Shown: one piece after another, positions 61,178 through 64,000 of the stretch
How positions within the stretch are numbered: position 1 is the stretch's first letter
Layout: each line of letters begins with the position of its first letter
Assembly: GCA_963764725.1 (NCBI GenBank)
Contig: CAVXTM010000010.1
Span: forward strand, 96,001 to 160,000
Source: an uncultured Gammaproteobacteria bacterium
GTDB taxonomy: Bacteria > Pseudomonadota > Gammaproteobacteria > JACCXJ01
DNA: 64,000 nucleotides
Direction of reading: 5' to 3'
The notes under the pieces: model-generated
Seen by the model: the letters and a program-made list of their open reading frames with translations, nothing else
Database searches by the model: none
What the model was told of the DNA's origin: nothing
Program-made: the position numbers and the translations under genes

Positions 61178-61525
61178 GTGAGCCTCTTAGGACCGGGCTT
61201 CGTTAATGATCGCCTCATAGTGGCGCTTTAAGTCCTCAAAAAGCGGCCCCCGCTTTACGATGACGTATGGCGTACCATCAGTAGCTTTACTCAGCTGCAT
61301 CCAAAACCCAAGGCCGATTGTCTCTTTGCGATTTTTCGTCCAAGCTATTAAAGGACCGGGACTGATCCCTTCCCAGAAGTAAAACTCCAAAGTCTTGGTG
61401 GGGGATTGCTTTGTTTTTAAATGCGCAATCATGTCCTTATCCACCTGTGTCAACGAAGCAGGGACCCGAACCAGCTTCAAGATTGTCGCTAGAAATGGAT
61501 TACCATCCTCCAACATCAAATACAC

Positions 61526-62911
61526 GAGTTATGATTGAAAGTTGTGGATGAAGGAGTAAAGGAGGCGGCGTATTCTTGATGGTCTTCAAGGTCATCAATT
61601 CCTACTGAAAGGAGTGAATACGCCATGAGTGAAGATAAAGTAATTGCGTTGAAGAATCCAGGGACGCCGGCTCCGGTCGCGGATGCGCTCACAGAGATTC
61701 TGCGGGCGGGTGCCCAACGGATGCTAGCGGCTGCGATTGAAGCGGAAGTTGCGGTTTTTCTGGAAGGTTTCATGGGACAGGAAACGGCGGAAGGACGCCA
61801 GCGTGTGGTACGTAACGGTCATCTGCCGGGACGGACGATACAAACCGGTGTGGGAGCGGTGGAGGTGAAAATACCGCGGGTTCGGGACCGGGAAAAGACG
61901 ATCCGGTATAACTCCTCGATATTGCCACCCTATATACGGCGCACCAAGACGCTGGAGGAACTATTGCCCTGGTTATACTTGAAGGGGATCTCGACAGGTG
62001 ATTTTCAGGAGGCGCTGACGGCTTTGTTGGGGCGAGAGGCGCCGGGCTTGTCGGCCAGCACGATCGGTCGGCTCAAGGCGGTATGGCAAGACGAGCACGC
62101 GCGCTGGTCACGGCGCGATCTATCGAACCGGCGCTATGTGTATCTATGGGTCGACGGTATCCATTTCGGGGTACGGCTGGAAGATGCGGCCCAGTGCATT
62201 CTGGTGGTGATCGGCGCGACGGCTGAGGGTAAGAAAGAATTGGTGACGCTCGCCGATGGCTATCGGGAAAGTGAAGCGTCCTGGCGGGAAGTGCTATTGG
62301 ATCTGAAAGCCCGTGGCTTGAAGCTCGATCCGCATCTGGCCACCGGCGATGGGGCCTTGGGATTCTGGAAGGCATTACCGCAAGTCTTCGGCATGACCCG
62401 TGGTCAACGCTGTTGGGTACACAAGACTGCCAACGTGCTCAACAAGCTACCCAAGAGCCAGCAACCTAAGGCCAAGGCGGCGCTGCAGGAGATCTGGATG
62501 GCAGCCACCCGGCAGGAGGCCGAGCGCGCCTTCGATCGCTTTCTGATCCTCTACCGTCCCAAGTATCCGAAAGCTGCGGAGTGTTTGGAAAAAGATCGGG
62601 GGTCACTGTTGGCCTTCTACGATTTTCCGGCAGAGCACTGGATCCATCTTCGGACCACGAATCCGATCGAATCCACCTTTGCTACGGTCCGGCTGCGCAC
62701 CAACAAAACCCGCGGCTGCGTGTCTCGAGAAAGCATTTTGGCGATGGTATTCATGTTGGTAAAAAGTGCCGAGCGACATTGGCGGAAACTGTATGGAATT
62801 CCCCGCCTCGCTCAAGTCATCGAGGGAGTTATTTTCAAAGACGGCCTATGGGAAGACCCCGAAAGAATCGCCGCCTAACCTAGCTCCGTACACAACATTT
62901 GACTATTTCTC
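61526..62911 (+). mobile_element. IS256-family element
   Basis: 9-bp TSD CAAATACAC (61517-61525 and 62912-62920); imperfect IRs GAGTTATGATTGAAAGTTGTG / GAGAAATAGTCAAATGTTGTG. Confidence 0.92.
61625..62878 (+). CDS. IS256 (Mutator) transposase
   Basis: RNGH, PRVRDR, YLWVDG, GDGALGFW, QRCWVHK, RTTNPIES. Confidence 0.95.
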   Translation: MSEDKVIALKNPGTPAPVADALTEILRAGAQRMLAAAIEAEVAVFLEGFMGQETAEGRQRVVRNGHLPGRTIQTGVGAVEVKIPRVRDREKTIRYNSSILPPYIRRTKTLEELLPWLYLKGISTGDFQEALTALLGREAPGLSASTIGRLKAVWQDEHARWSRRDLSNRRYVYLWVDGIHFGVRLEDAAQCILVVIGATAEGKKELVTLADGYRESEASWREVLLDLKARGLKLDPHLATGDGALGFWKALPQVFGMTRGQRCWVHKTANVLNKLPKSQQPKAKAALQEIWMAATRQEAERAFDRFLILYRPKYPKAAECLEKDRGSLLAFYDFPAEHWIHLRTTNPIESTFATVRLRTNKTRGCVSRESILAMVFMLVKSAERHWRKLYGIPRLAQVIEGVIFKDGLWEDPERIAA

Positions 62912-63387
62912 CAAATACACAAGCTGAAATGGCTCCGAACTGTCGAATCGCTTTGATAACGCCTCCCAGAACACATGTTGAAGACCAAAAAACGCTATCC
63001 ATAACCACAAGTTTCTCGGAGTCCCGTATCACGGATTGAATGTTGCTGTCCCACCATTCTGCTCTGGTCGCCTTTACCTCGATATCGTTACTGTGCCATA
63101 GTGAGAGCGCGCGAGATCGAATTAACGGCCAGCTGAGAAACCCGAAGACAGTAACTCCAAGGATTAAGAATAACCCCCGTACTAATTCTGGAGTGACCCA
63201 ATGAGGGAACCCAGTAATAATAAAAGCCGCCCACTTGTCTGGGCCAAATCCGAGCGCCAGACAAATAGCGATGACCAGGGCACCCAAGAGCCTGCCAAGG
63301 AAGGTTCCGACCAGAGGTCCCCATAACATCTGCGCATGATATTACCGCCGACTACATATGCCAATGGTATACATACCTTGTTTTATA

Positions 63388-63426
63388 TCCCCTCATCCTA
63401 ACCTTCTCCCGGAGGGAGAAGGGACT
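63388..63426 (-). repeat. BoxC-like palindromic repeat
   Basis: Minus strand TCCCTTCTCCCTCCGGGAGAAGGTTAGGATGAGGGG; related halves at 59271-59288 and 60848-60876. Confidence 0.6.
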
Positions 63427-63480
63427 TATCATTTTGTCGTAGTGGTTTTGTTCAACATTTGGGCGGTAAGAATCTAGGCC

Positions 63481-64000
63481 ATGGAGATCTCCAAAATCGG
63501 CGTAAAGTTTTTTATCGAAGAGCAGGATCCTCTTGGGCTGGTCGAGTTTATTCCTATCGTGCATCGCTGGATCCAGAACCGTGCACTGCCGGATCTACTC
63601 ATTGATGTGGCCGACTATAGTCATGTCAACCAAGGCCCGGGGATCGTTCTTTTAGCCTATCAGGGAAACTACGGTATTGACGAGCACCGGGGGCGCAGAG
63701 GTGTGGTCTACTATCGAAAACGCCCGTTCAGCGGCGGCCTTTCGGATTGCCTCGCCTCCGTGTCCGAGCGGGCATTGCTTGCGTGTCAACGTCTCGAGCA
63801 AGAGCCCGGGCTTGCGGGGCGGCTGCGGATCCGCGCCAACGAGATCCAGGTGTTTGCCAACGACCGGTTGGCCGCGCCGAATACCGATCAGACTTTCGCG
63901 ACGTTTTCGCCGGCCTTAGAGCAGTTATTGGGAAAGCTCTACCCGGGCGACGAATTCACTCTGACTAGCGATCCCGATCCGAAAGAGCGCTTTTCCGTTA
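63481..64000 (+). CDS. Conserved hypothetical protein, runs off window
   Basis: Open frame MEISKIGVKFF...FIPIVHRWIQ...LLIDVADYSHV..GPGIVL...NDRLAAPNT with no stop before the window end. Confidence 0.75.
   Translation, partial: MEISKIGVKFFIEEQDPLGLVEFIPIVHRWIQNRALPDLLIDVADYSHVNQGPGIVLLAYQGNYGIDEHRGRRGVVYYRKRPFSGGLSDCLASVSERALLACQRLEQEPGLAGRLRIRANEIQVFANDRLAAPNTDQTFATFSPALEQLLGKLYPGDEFTLTSDPDPKERFSV

Larger units (their letters stand above)
61187..63329 (-). pseudogene. Two-TM membrane protein with soluble C-terminal domain, interrupted by IS256
   Basis: Removing the IS and one TSD joins ...SSEPFQLV to YLMLEDGNPF...; one additional frameshift at about 62990. Confidence 0.7.

Overview
GC-rich bacterial chromosome segment, most likely an uncultured gammaproteobacterium (slt-NDUFA9-like-cca, a gld-like ABC operon, miaB-phoH-ybeY-corC-lnt-lptG, sulfite/nitrite reductase), interleaved with several accessory regions. 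(1) 1.6-9.2 kb is a hydrolase/protease island: conserved hypothetical, astacin-like peptidase, lipase, a higBA cassette, and a convergent MBL-fold hydrolase + CHAT (caspase-like) protease pair. (2) 14.4-22.1 kb holds a redox/ketone-body metabolic patch and a phd-vapC pair. (3) 31.0-43.8 kb is an integron with a truncated intI and about 11 cassettes whose attC sites are parasitised. Two copies of a 2.5-kb tyrosine-recombinase + IS91-type HUH element sit exactly at the AAC of an attC R'' box, and a deleted group IIC intron sits in an R' box. A gene-less cassette recurs and also seems to encase the higBA module 26 kb away. (4) 59.3-63.4 kb is an IS island: an IS50/Tn5-like element with recognisable IE/OE ends, and an IS256 with a 9-bp TSD interrupting a membrane-protein gene. 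Small palindromic repeats are inserted in-frame inside slt and the IS91-type transposases. Many single-base frameshifts suggest assembly indel errors, so pseudogene calls are tentative. Best candidates for a new system are the attC-targeting recombinase/HUH element and the caspase-MBL pair.
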